A stretch of 64,000 bases of DNA. Source: Octopus sinensis. Taxonomy: Eukaryota. Under the pieces are notes generated by a model. The model searched no databases. It saw only the letters and a program-made list of their open reading frames with translations, and was not told where the DNA came from. Each line of letters starts with the position of its first letter. Positions within the stretch are counted from its first letter, which is position 1. Of the stretch, positions 1 through 11,800 are shown in pieces. The position numbers and the translations under genes were made by a program. The stretch is taken from NCBI RefSeq assembly GCF_006345805.1, contig NC_043008.1, positions 48,670,001 through 48,734,000 of the forward strand, read 5' to 3'.

Positions 1-56
1 CACTTTTTAATTCCCTAAATTGCTTTATTTCTCAGCTAACAACATGCCTCTCCAGC

Positions 57-180
57 GACCCTATTGCTGTTGCTCACCCCAAAAGAATTTCTACTGTTGT
101 TTACTTGTGAGTGTGGCTGAGGTTCTCTTCCATCTTACCTCTTGCACTCCACAATTTCTCTAGATCTACCTTGCTGATAC
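57..180 (-). mobile_element. Inverted near-identical copy of the RTE endonuclease fragment at 1095-1245
   Basis: Reverse complement matches 1095-1245 apart from two indels and a few substitutions. Confidence 0.7.
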
Positions 181-1094
181 GTATGTTGGCAACCATAAAC
201 CTTTTAAACTGAAAGGAAGAGATTTCCAGAAGTGATTTACTTTGGTGCTGTTTGACTTCTACAACTGTGGAAAATAAGGAAGTTTATATGATTGCTTGTT
301 GATGACTGGAAAGCGCTCACACATGACTGGATATTTCCAGTTTTGGTCAGTTATTCACTCATTTACCAATGATTGAGAATTGTTATTATTATCACCATTG
401 AAGGTGTTAACCCCAGCCACTAGGAACTATATGAGTTGAGGTGAGGGATTAGTAGTAAAATGTATGCATCTGGTATGGTTGATGCTGAGCTACTTACCAA
501 GGGAGTGAATCAAGGTAAGCTTTCTAGTATTTGGAGGGAGTGGAGAGGTGGATGCATTGGTGACAAATGATAAACATGGTTGCCAGTGCTGCCTGACTGG
601 CTCCTGTGCCAGTGGTACGTAAAAAGCACCATTCAAGCATGGTCAATGCCAGTACTGCCTGAGCCGGTGGCACATGAAAAGCACCCACTACACTCTCAGA
701 GTGGTTAGCGCTAGGAGGGGCACCCAGTTGTAGAAACTTTGCCAGATCAAATTGGAGCCTGGTGCAGCAACAACGACGATGAGGATGAAGAGATTGTGCT
801 GATAAAGTTGCAGGATGGAGGGAAAATCGAGACTAAACAACAAGCTACATGTGTGTGTGTGTGTGTGAAAGCAGCAACATCCACTTCTCCCTGCTTGCAT
901 CAGTTGGGCGGAGTTCGTTGAGGCAGATCTTCTATGGCAGGATATACTTCCTGTCACCAACCCTCACCTATTTCCAAGCAAGGTAATATTTTCCCAAGGC
1001 CTTTCTTGTGCCACAGCTTACAAGCCCACAAAACTTGATGGGAGGGGATGGAGCAGAGCAGGTTTTTGTTGTAGGGGAGCTACATGGCAACATC

Positions 1095-1245
1095 AGTATC
1101 AGCAAAGTAGATCTAGAGAAATTGTGGAGTGCAAGGGATGTGTGCAAGAGGTAAGATGGAAGAGAACCTCAGCGAAACTCACAGGTAAAGAACAGTCGTA
1201 GAGCAGTAGAAATTCTTTTGGGGTGAGCAACAGCAATAGGGTTGC
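1095..1245 (+). mobile_element. RTE LINE endonuclease fragment
   Basis: Encodes CVQEVRWKRTSAKLTGKEQ..KFFWVSNS, an AP-endonuclease QEVRW motif. Confidence 0.65.
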
Positions 1246-2399
1246 AGCTGTGAAGAGATAATTAGTGAGGTTGTTCTCAAGGTGGCACTGCAAAAAATGA
1301 AGCGAAGGGGTGGAAGGAAGAAGACATACATGAAATGGGGGAGTGATCTGAAAAGAATGTACATACGAGCCTGTGTGAATTAGAGAACATTTTCAAATAT
1401 TAACAGCATTTGTGACAAATACAAACAAAAAAAAGAAGAAAATTACAGCAGTTTAGATGTTTCCAGAAATACTGATCATTCATTTATTTCAGAAATCAAG
1501 TTATGGACAATCGAATTTATCATACAGATGTGGACCTAACAATGTCTTGCTCAGTAGCGCCAGATGAGATTAAACTGACCAGAGTTATTATTATTATTAT
1601 AACTAGCAACCAGATAGGAATCTTTCTTGGTTGCTAAGGCTGGAATAAAAGGTGGAGCAGGGGGAGGACTTAGACTGGAGTGGAAGGTAAACAGAGCGAG
1701 ACAGAGAGAGAAAAAGAGAGAGAGAGTGATGAAGGAGAGAGAGAGTGTGTGTGTGTGTAAGAGGAGTGAGTGTGTATAGAGGAAGAGTGTTGACAGGAAA
1801 TGTTACATACTGAGTTGAAAATCTTAATTCATTTTTTTTTTGTTTTCCACACATGACAAACAGCCATTAGATATTTACATATTGACTGATGCTAATATAC
1901 AAATAAATGAGAGTGTATGAATATATATATATACATATATATATTATATATATATATACACATATATATATATATACATATACATATATATATATATACG
2001 TATACATATATATATGTATATATATATATATGAGTGTCACACAATAAATTGCTTCCATGACTTTTGATAAACTGAGTTATGGCGTATGTGTGTATTTGTT
2101 TGTATATCTTCTTTCTTCTTTTCCAATTCGATTTTAATAATAATAATAATAATAATTTTAGTTTCTTCGCGTTTTTATTACAATTTTCTTCCTTCGCTTA
2201 AAAAAAAAGTTAAAAAATAAAACTGTAATGACAATAGCGTGACTACCAAATATGGCAAAAACAAATGAAAAACATCAACAAAATAGTAGTCGAATTAAAA
2301 AAAAAAGAGGGGGGAGGGTCGGAATTTTATATGTAAATTTGTTCATAAATCGTGTTTAATATATATTTATAGATTTTTTTTCTTTTTCACAAGAGAACT

Positions 2400-2700
2400 A
2401 AATTACCTCCCTTGACGTCGAGATGTAGAGAAGCGAATGAATTATCTCCCCTCTCCGCTTGGACTTTGGCCGTGTCTTTTAACAAGGAGAGAGAGAATCG
2501 GTTCAACTGGATGTTTCTCCTCCCCGGCTTCTTTTCCTCGCACATTCGGACTGTGTGGTGGTGATGATGATAATGATGATGTACGAGGAGAAGAAAAGGG
2601 GATTGTTTGCTTGGCTGAGGCTTAGCTTTCCTCTCCTCTCGTCACCGGGCTGTCAGATGTTACAGCATGCGTGAGTGAGTGAGTGGTGGTGGTGGTGGTT
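2400..2700 (-). promoter_or_regulatory. CpG-rich segment; candidate promoter or non-coding first exon of a downstream gene
   Basis: About 13 CpG in 2401-2670 by manual count versus a CpG-poor gene body. CRE-like GACGTCA and a donor-like GAG|gtaatt at 2407/2406. Confidence 0.35.
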
Positions 2701-2885
2701 GGTGGTAGTGGTGGTGGTGGTGGTGAGTGTGACACAGTTCCTTGACGAGACCCAGGGTATGTGTGTGTGCGTGCGTGTGTGTGTGTGTCTGTCTGTGTGT
2801 GTGAATATATATATATATATATACACATATATATATGTGTGTAGGTGTGTGTGTGTGTATTGCCTGTATTTTTGGATTTTACTTA

Positions 2886-2891
2886 TTTATT
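2886..2891 (-). terminator. Candidate polyadenylation signal (AATAAA) for ASH1L, implying a 3' UTR of about 470 nt
   Basis: AATAAA on the minus strand about 450 nt past the stop. Other hexamers lie further downstream, so usage is unproven. Confidence 0.35.
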
Positions 2892-3338
2892 AACAAACTG
2901 TCAACAACAAACAACAACAACAACAGCAGTACAAGCCGAACAGTTAAGTAAAAAGTCAGAATCACTCTAAGCTGCTCACTTGCTGCTTTTTTTTTCTATT
3001 TTTCACTTTCCTTTTTTTTTTCTTCCATTTTTCAATCCACTCTTCCAAAAATGTTGGCAGAGCAAAACGAAAAAAAAAAAAATTCTTTTTCTTTTCATTA
3101 TATTTATATATATATATATATATATGTATTTTTTTTTCTTCTTCTTCCTCTGTTTCTTCTCCTTCTGCAAGATTGCACTCTGTATTCTGGTTTCAAATGC
3201 AGATCACCACTGCAGACACGAGGGATCTATTGACAAATGTGGAAAAGCCATTTGCCACAGAAAACAAGGTGCTGTTTTGGACACAAACCTCATTCAAAGT
3301 AAATTCATTGACAGAAACAAGGCCAGTCTTGGGGACAT

Positions 3339-3482
3339 TCAGAAGTTGAACTGCGGCTTCTTGCGAGGTCGTTTTCCCGCTCCTTCTTCCAGTAAATATG
3401 TTACATCTACTTTCTGTTTGCCAGGGATATTTGCCAAAAGTTTTTGCAATATTTTATCAAGATATTCTCTTTTCTGTTTACG
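3339..3482 (-). CDS. ASH1L: ASH1L terminal coding exon [47 protein letters not shown]
   Basis: tttcag acceptor, TGA at 3339-3341. [13 protein letters not shown] matches the ASH1L C-terminus. Confidence 0.94.
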   Translation of the reverse strand, partial: RKQKREYLDKILQKLLANIPGKQKVDVTYLLEEGAGKRPRKKPQFNF

Positions 3483-5827
3483 CTGAAACAAATAAACAAT
3501 AATTTAGTTCACTTCAAAAAACATTCTCTCTGCTGGACTTGTTTAGTGAATGCAACAACATTTGGAGCTCACAGGAGAAAAAAAACTTTGATTGAGATTA
3601 TCCCCACAAACTTCCCTCTAGGCTTGTTTAAAAATCTAAAAATAATAATTACATGGCTAATTACTTAATTTAATCTCATTTATGTGAAACCCCTACTTTA
3701 TGGGTATTAAATATACAGAATGGTTCACTGATACATTTCCCCCCTCTCTTTCCAATTGTTTATTTTCACAATTACCAACTCTACACCCACCTCCCACTTT
3801 GTATATTCAACACTTCAAGGCCTTACTAAACTTTGCTGATGAGATTTAATAAGGCTGAAACATGTCTATTCAAAAGTTAGTTTTTGAAGAGCCATGCTTA
3901 TGTTTGGTGATTTTATTTTAAAAAAACTATCTCGATTTTTCTTACATCCACTCATGAAATGGGAGATCATTAATTCACACACAGAAATTATGTTATAATG
4001 TCATGTAAAAACTTTTTGAAATATTTGTGAACAAAATAACCCTATAGTAAAGATTGTTTGCCAACATAACATGGCAGTCCTGGTTTAGGACGAATGTTGC
4101 CTGAGGAGACATCATCTCCCTCTGGCTACATGACACAATCTGTGTCCTTATACACGACATGATCTGTATTGTATAGCCAGCTGGAGACGATCTCTCCTGG
4201 GGCTAAATTACAGTAACATTCGTCCTAAACCTGGACTGCCATGTTATGTTGCCAAACAACCTTTACTCCAAAGTACTGTTGCTGAATATCTCACGTTCAT
4301 CATTATCATCATCTTCATTTTCCACGCTAGCATGGGTTGGACGGTTCGACCAGGGTCTGGAAGCCATGGAGGCTGCACCAGGCTCCAGTCTTGATCTGGC
4401 AGAGTTTCTACAGCTGGATGCCCTTCCTAACGCCAACCACTCCGTGAGTGTAGTGGGTGTTTTTTACGTGCCACCGGCACAGGTGCCAGGGGAGGCTGGC
4501 AATTGGCCACGATCAGTTGGTGCTTTTACATGCCACCAGCACGGACGCCAGCCAGGCATTGTGAGATTTAAATTTTTCTAAAATAACCCTAATCAATAAT
4601 TTTTCACACCTACATAAGGAATATACCATTTTACAAATGAGAACCAATGGAATGCCATTCGTCTTCTTTTGTGCAGCTTTGTCTTTGATCACTCCAAGAA
4701 GAAGGAAACATTTTCCCTTCGTAAAGTTCACACAAATGTGGGACTCATTTAGATTGGCAGGGACTTCTTTTTTTTTTCTTACTTCGGTCAATATTTCACT
4801 GTTTCTAGATGGGAAGTCTTTTATAACTGGTACTTCATTGATTGCAGTGACAACCGTTCCAGTAGATCCGACCAACGGAACAGCCTGGTCGTGGAATTAA
4901 CATGCAAGTGGCTGAGTGCTCCACAGACGCGTGAATCTTTAACGGAGTTCTGAGGGTGATCCAGCGTGATACACCAAATGTGACAAGGCTAACCCTTTCA
5001 AATACAAGTAGAACTCATTTTTGCTGTCTGAGCAAACTGTAGCAATAGAAATAAAGAGTCTTGCTCAAGAGAAAGAAACAAGAATTTTCATTGTTACAAA
5101 CTTCATCACATTTTACATATATTTCTTTTTTTTTCTCTCTATTTCTACTTCTGTTTCTGCTTTAATGAATCTTTGGTCATGAGATTGAAAGTGATTATTG
5201 ATGTCATTCATAGAATCAATTAATTAATTAGAAATATAAACAGTCAACTAATTAGCAACATCAGTGACCACCTCTGTTTCATTTCAATCAATTTTGAGAA
5301 GTTCTTCAGATCCCTCAAAATTCTTAAGAAACTGAAGCCTGAATTTGTTCCAAAGGTCTTCCATAGCCTTGCTCCGGAATAATCTCCAATTTCCTTCCCC
5401 TGAAATCTCTTGAATGGTTTCCAAAATTGCTTTAGTAATGCCCTCCCACCCTACCATCCCTAATTTCTTTGTGAACCTGGAATGGTATTTGGTAATAGCA
5501 TTTGTCTGTGCTGCCACAAGACACACCTGGCTTTATCAACATAATAAACACAAACACAAACAACTGATTGTATTTATCTCTAATAAAGCTCCCAAATGAA
5601 TGAAATAGCAATAATTACTTATCAGAGAAGGGGAGGAGAGAGAGAGAGAAAGGAGAGAGAAGAGAGAGGGGGGGGAAACCAGAATTGAATGTGTTTACCT
5701 TCTGTTGTTTGACGTGGGCCAGTGGTAAATCCTCCTCCGAATCACTGGTCGCTACTCCTGTCTTCCCAGGATTGGTCTCTGCTGTCTTCTGCTGCTGCTG
5801 CTGCTGTTGCGGCTGCTGCTGCTGTTG

Positions 5828-5860
<33 letters not shown>

Positions 5861-8800
5861 TGTGGCTGCCGCTGAAGACTTGCCAGCCGAGTCTGAACTC
5901 TTCTTGTTACACTGTTTAGTGTTGTTGGTGTTGTGCAGGTCGTCGTTTGAGTGGGAGTGCCGGTCACCAGGACCACGCCGTTTGTAGGTCTCTGGGACTT
6001 CATGAGGCTGAACGGACAAAGCAGAACCACATTTGATAAGCTCGTTGCTAGGCTACGTTGATGCGAGAGGGAGAGGCGTTTGCAATGTAAAGGTAATGTC
6101 TAAATGTAGATGGGTACATCTGTGTGAACCTACAACAGGATGATTGGGATCAGGTAGGGGCCAACTGAATGCAGGAGGGAGGTGAGTGTGGCAGAAACGT
6201 TAGCACGCTGGGCAAAATGCGTAGTTGTATTTCGTCTGCTGTTACGTTCCGAGTTCAAATTCCACCAAGGTCGACTTTGCCTTTCATCCTTTCGGGGTCG
6301 ATATAATTGACTTAATCCGTTTGTCTGTCCTTGTTTGTCCCCTCTGTGTGTAGCCCCTTGTGGGCAGTAAAGAAATAGGTTGATGTAGTGACAAGGGGGA
6401 AAGGGGAGGTGTGAGGGAGAGAGAGACATGATGTAAGAGAAGCTCAACTGACCTTGGTTATTATTAATGCCAAACAGGTTTTTCATTTGACCTCAATAAA
6501 TATATTTATGTGAGTGTGTGTATACATATATATATATATACTTTTTGTTTTTTAAATTGAAACTGAGGATGCCTCTTGCAACAGGTTTCACACCATTGCA
6601 ATCTCCAGGCGGCACAGTTGTTCTTAGCTGAAGTTCTACAGATCTCAGTGGCATGAAATTTGAATTGTGAGACAAACTCTGAGTTTTAGATTCAATAAAA
6701 AAACCCCAAAAAACCCATATCCTCTACAACATGTATTGAGCACTCGTTTATCTGACATAAATCCTGATCATCATCATCGTTTAATGCCTATTCTCCACGC
6801 TGCATGGGTTGGATAGCTCGACAAGAGCCAGTGAGCCAGAGGACAGTGCCAAGCTCCAAAGTCTGCTTTGGTAGGGTTTGTATGGCTGGATACTCTTCCT
6901 AATGTTATATACTAAATATGCATAATGATGGCTAAATGAAAATAATTAAAATTTATGTCTAAAAGAGAAGCTGTTTCCCACAAGACACACAGACAGACAC
7001 ACACGACATGCATGCACGTAACGCAAGGTTGAGAGTGAAAAAGCTCAAAAGGCTGTAAAGCATCAGTTCTACTTACTGAGTAGGTTCTTTTGGGAAACAA
7101 CCGCTTTTCAAATTTATCAAAGCAATAGGATTTCGTAAGAACTGGATATCTAGACAATGAAAAATAGAAAAGTATTAGGAATGTTTGCAGTGGAAGAGAG
7201 AGAGAGATAACAAGCTTAACAAGAGCAAACAAACAGTGAGTTTTCTGTTGTAAATAAATCTGCAAACACTGTCTGAGGCAGCCAGGACAGCCAGCATCCC
7301 TGCAGAATGAGGAGTGGTGAGTTTTTATGTGTTGTGTTGGAATGTGGAGAGTTAGAAGAGCAAGGTTTTTGTGTACAGAAGAAAAGATTTTCAGTGACAT
7401 AATCAAAGTTTGAGGTACTCTAAAGTAGGTGAGAGTGAGCAGAGGAACTTCAATCTGAAGGGCAACATCTTATCGAATAGATGAGACATTAAGAGAGTAA
7501 GAAGCAGTGGCTGAAACAATATTGGCCCTTTGACCAGGCTGATAAGAGAGTTCACTTGGGAAAGCAATTTCTGCTTGAGATAGTTCTATTGGAAACATAC
7601 CGACAGTAAAGGAAATGATAGTTAACAACTCTAGGAACCATATTGGTAGTTGATAGAGTGAGAAATGTAGGGTGGTGGATGTAGTGTCTAGAAGATGGGG
7701 TAAATATAGCGAAAGACTACAATGAAACTAAGAGTAGCCGATGGGCAAAGTGTTTGCACCAGCAGGAACACTAAGGACCGGTTAGTTTGCTGGGTTGAAA
7801 TCAACAAAGCCTTTTATTAGAATTTAGCCCAACTGAATTCTGACTTGGTCTTTTTTTTTTGTTGTTTGTGGATTGCAGAAGCTGAAGTTTAAAGTTCACC
7901 TCTGAATATTAATTAATAACAGGCAGACATTTACTGACAACACTGTCAAAGAGAACTCTCTGTTAACTTTGAAATCTGCCTCAATCAAAACTATGTACAG
8001 TGACAGGAATGACAACAACAGCAACACTGCCACCACCTTCGTTGTCACCCACCTCCTCTAAGCACTTGATTTTTCACACAATTTAATAATCTTGTACAAC
8101 AAAACTTATTCCACTCATCTTCTCCAACCTCTGCACATGTTCCACACTCAGTGTTCCATGACTTGCTGCTACCATGTGGCGTTTGACTCTTGATCGTCTC
8201 TCTTACAGTCTGTATTTTTAGACAGAAAGAAACCCCTTGCTATCAACAACAGTAACACCTCCTTTACACTAATAACCGTGTTAATTACAACCAACAACAA
8301 TGCTAATTAGATCAGCTGGGTCAGAGACAATTAAGTCTGAACAGTTTATGGAGTGGGTTTGATCTTTCTTTGTTTCTTCATTTCCAATGTATCTGAATCC
8401 AGGCAGATTCCAGCCTCCCTTCCAGAGATGCCACAGAGTACAGCATGAAACCTCTGCTCCTATCTACCTTATGTGCAAAACACACTTCCCACATGGCAGG
8501 CAAGAGCAGACAGTACAACATGCAGACCCCATTTTAGTTAGCTTCACTAAAATACACCATCATTCAACGTCATCAGGTTAGGATTGGTTTTTTTTTTCCT
8601 TCAGTTGGATGGCCATCTTATTGTTCGACAAAATGGGAAATTTGTGGTTTATAACGTATTAACAAGTTACAAGAGATGGTTTTTTTAATATGGTATCAAC
8701 AATACAAAAGTTGCTGTGTGCGTGTGTGCGTGATAGACACTTCCTGCAATGTTCCACCATTTATCTTCCCTTGCTTTCTCTCTATACTGAACACCAAAGT

Positions 8801-11800
8801 ATCTATTCACTGTTCAATGTATTGGGCCATTGCAATGAAGAGTGACATCTCTGACTATGAGTGTGCATAACTGGACAGCAGGTGGACACTGGACAACCCC
8901 CCCAAATTATGGCATTCGCCAACAAAACAGAAGAGTCCTAAAACAAAAATACAAGAGAAGAACATATAAAAAAAAAAAATGGTCAAGATGTTTACCTTGT
9001 GCGTGATATTTTCGAGAAATGATGTGCAGTTTTATCTACTCTGCTTTCGCAAATATATACATCTTGTTCTTTCAGTCCTTTTGGCCGTCCTTTACAGAAA
9101 GTGTTGAGGTCAAGCACACAACAAGTTCCAATAATGGCTTCTAATGGAATTATGTCGTACAATGGTATTCGGAAAACCTGTAAAAGTTGGATAACAGTGG
9201 AAGGTTAACAGAATGGTCAAATAATGATTGGACATCACCGATAAAAATGGGTTCAGTATGTGGTGGTCATTAGTGCCAGCTTTTAGTAGACAACATGCTA
9301 ATATTGGCTGAAACTTTCTTCTGTCTAATGTTTAGGGGTTACAAATGAAAGATCAGGATAAGAAAATACTTGAGGGGGGGGGGGAAAGAGAGAGAGGAAA
9401 GAAATGGAAACTACAAAAATGGCAATGGTAGTGTTGAGTGTGATTTCTGCTGCAAAAGAAATACCAACCATCAGCTCCAACATAAAATCTTCCCCCAAAT
9501 CCCAAAAATACTTTACTGTGCAGAACAGTGATTCTGAAACTTTTAAATAACTGGGGGCCAGATCTAAAACCTGGATTTTTTAAAGGGACCACACCCCCAA
9601 AAAGTAAAACATAAGTCAATTAGAGAAAAATTTATTATATCTATTGAGGGAAGACTGTTGAGGACTGCCAGATGGATGCTTGAAGGCCGCATAAGGCCCT
9701 GGGGGCTACTTTTGGGAACCACGGGTCTAGAATCTCTTCAACAGAATATAGAAACTGGTAGTAGCAGTAGTATCACTATTACTACCACCACTGAACAGTA
9801 GTGGGGTTAACGAGGGCTTCAAGAAAGTCTGCGTAAATAATGTAGTGTTGTTATTGAGAGGGTGAGATAGTGTAGTGTTTCTAGCAAGTAGACTTGAAAG
9901 GGGTTCTTTGTTACCTTCTCCAGGAAGGTATCAAAACATTAACTTATGTGGTCTAGGATTGATCCTGTGATCTTCATGCCATTCTCAAAGATATCAGCCA
10001 CATTGATAAAATGAATGAATGTCTCCAATTAGCAATAAAATTTCTTGTGGAATCAGTTGGAAGATGGTGAAATAAAAAAAAACAATAATTACCTCATTGG
10101 CAAAAAATTTCCGATAAGGTTCATGGAATGTCTCATGTGGTCGTACATAATGATGACCATAGGCAAACTTTTCATCCCTGCAAACAGAAACAACCATCTT
10201 CATGTGGGCATTTCACATGGACACATGTTTATATAACAAGAGAAAGAAATATAAAAACATTTATGGAACAAATTGCCATCACAGAAAATGCTAAGTAAGA
10301 ATTAAAAATTAAAGTGTTGCTAAGTTACAAATTCAGCATGATGTCAATTAAGTTTTTTAATAATTTAATTAACAGGACTTTCGTAATTTCTAATCTTCTC
10401 CTCTGGAAGCCATCTGCTCGCGATACCAGAGGGCGCAGTCTCCTACCCTGATGTAATCTCCAGGGATACAGGCATCCAGCGACAGGACCTCCATAATGCT
10501 CTGATGGATCGTGAAGTCTGGCGTAACATAGTAAATTCCATTGTCTCGACCGCGGTCGAACAATGATGATTAATTATAACAATCATGATTAATTATAACA
10601 ATAATAATAATAAATCATTTAACAGTTTTTAACATCCCTAACAAAGTGTTTGATCGTATTTACATCCAGTTTTCACAAGACCTTTTTATATTGGACGGTT
10701 TCAAACAATTGTCAACAGTGAAATTCCATTTATTCAAGACAAATATGAATGAACGTCTCCAATTAACAACGATATTTGCCAAAGTTCACTTACTTTGCAT
10801 TTTTCCACAGCCGTTCTACTCTGAAAATATCCAACTTATCTGGACTGATGTTGGACAGGAGACGATAAGATGTCCGCACGGGTGTTCCATCCGAACTTCT
10901 CTTCAGCAGATTATCTCTCATCACATAGGCACAATCACCAACATGGATTTGCATCTCATCACGCATCAGTGTCATATAATAAGTGTTGCCAGATGCAGCA
11001 TCACTTGGCTGAGGTACCATCAGAATTTCCTACAAACATTACAACAAAATCCATAAAGCAACAAGTAAACATCTCCCTTCTCTACCTACATGCACCACAC
11101 ACACACACACACATTATTTTACATTAAAACTTCCTCCAGATCATCAGTTATATCTCTCATCATCCTCATCATTTAACATCTGTTGGATAGTAAGACAGGA
11201 GCTGGCAAGGCTGGAGAGCCACACCAGGTTCCATTGTCCGTTTTGGCATGGTTTCTACAGCTGCATGCCCTTCCTAACACCAGCCACTCAACATAGGGTA
11301 CAGGGTGCTTTATATGTGGCACCGTCACCAAACTTTGAGATTTACAACACATAGGTGACACCTGGTGCTGTTTTAAAGAACTGCTTCTGTGAACATCGCA
11401 ACAGTATTCTCTGATGAGCACATACCAACAGATATCTATGTCACCACAATACCCTCCCCACTCTTTGACCCCCGACCTGTGAACACTAACCCTCATCCTT
11501 GCACTTCAGCATCGTTAACCTTTACTCACAGAGAATGAGATTTGGCCAGATACAGCAGCAGCAGAACCCACTTTACTCCACAACATAACTTCTTTAATTC
11601 CATCATTGACTCTGCACTCACACTCCATCTCTCACTCAGATATATACACACACACCCCACTCGTTCTACACGTGAATGGAGATAAGCCACCATATTACTG
11701 ATACAAACATTTTTTAATGTCCCCGCTGCACTCTTAACATAAACACCCCACCCTTTCACAACCATTTCCCCAGGTTTTGCCTCACTTGGCCAGGGCATGG

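Noticed and set aside
1490-1627. Plus-strand acceptor-like atttcag followed by a short open frame, a possible last exon of a convergent gene
   Set aside because: No recognisable protein similarity and no partner exons.
1867-2058. Many ORF-track entries rich in YI/CV/HT repeats (also 20862-21153, 27516-27868, 30035-30286, 48569-48952)
   Set aside because: They are translations of TA/CA/GT microsatellites, not genes.
4513-4900. Overlapping 120-aa and 87-aa ORFs in the last intron
   Set aside because: No motif, no convincing splice sites, and the flanking exons already join in frame with expected homology.
5685-6030. PolyC, polyA and polyS ORFs overlapping the polyQ exon
   Set aside because: They are alternative frames or the antisense reading of the CAG repeat.
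6180-6260. tRNA-like A and B boxes
   Set aside because: These are SINE heads with no complete cloverleaf; no tRNA, rRNA or CRISPR feature is supported in this window.
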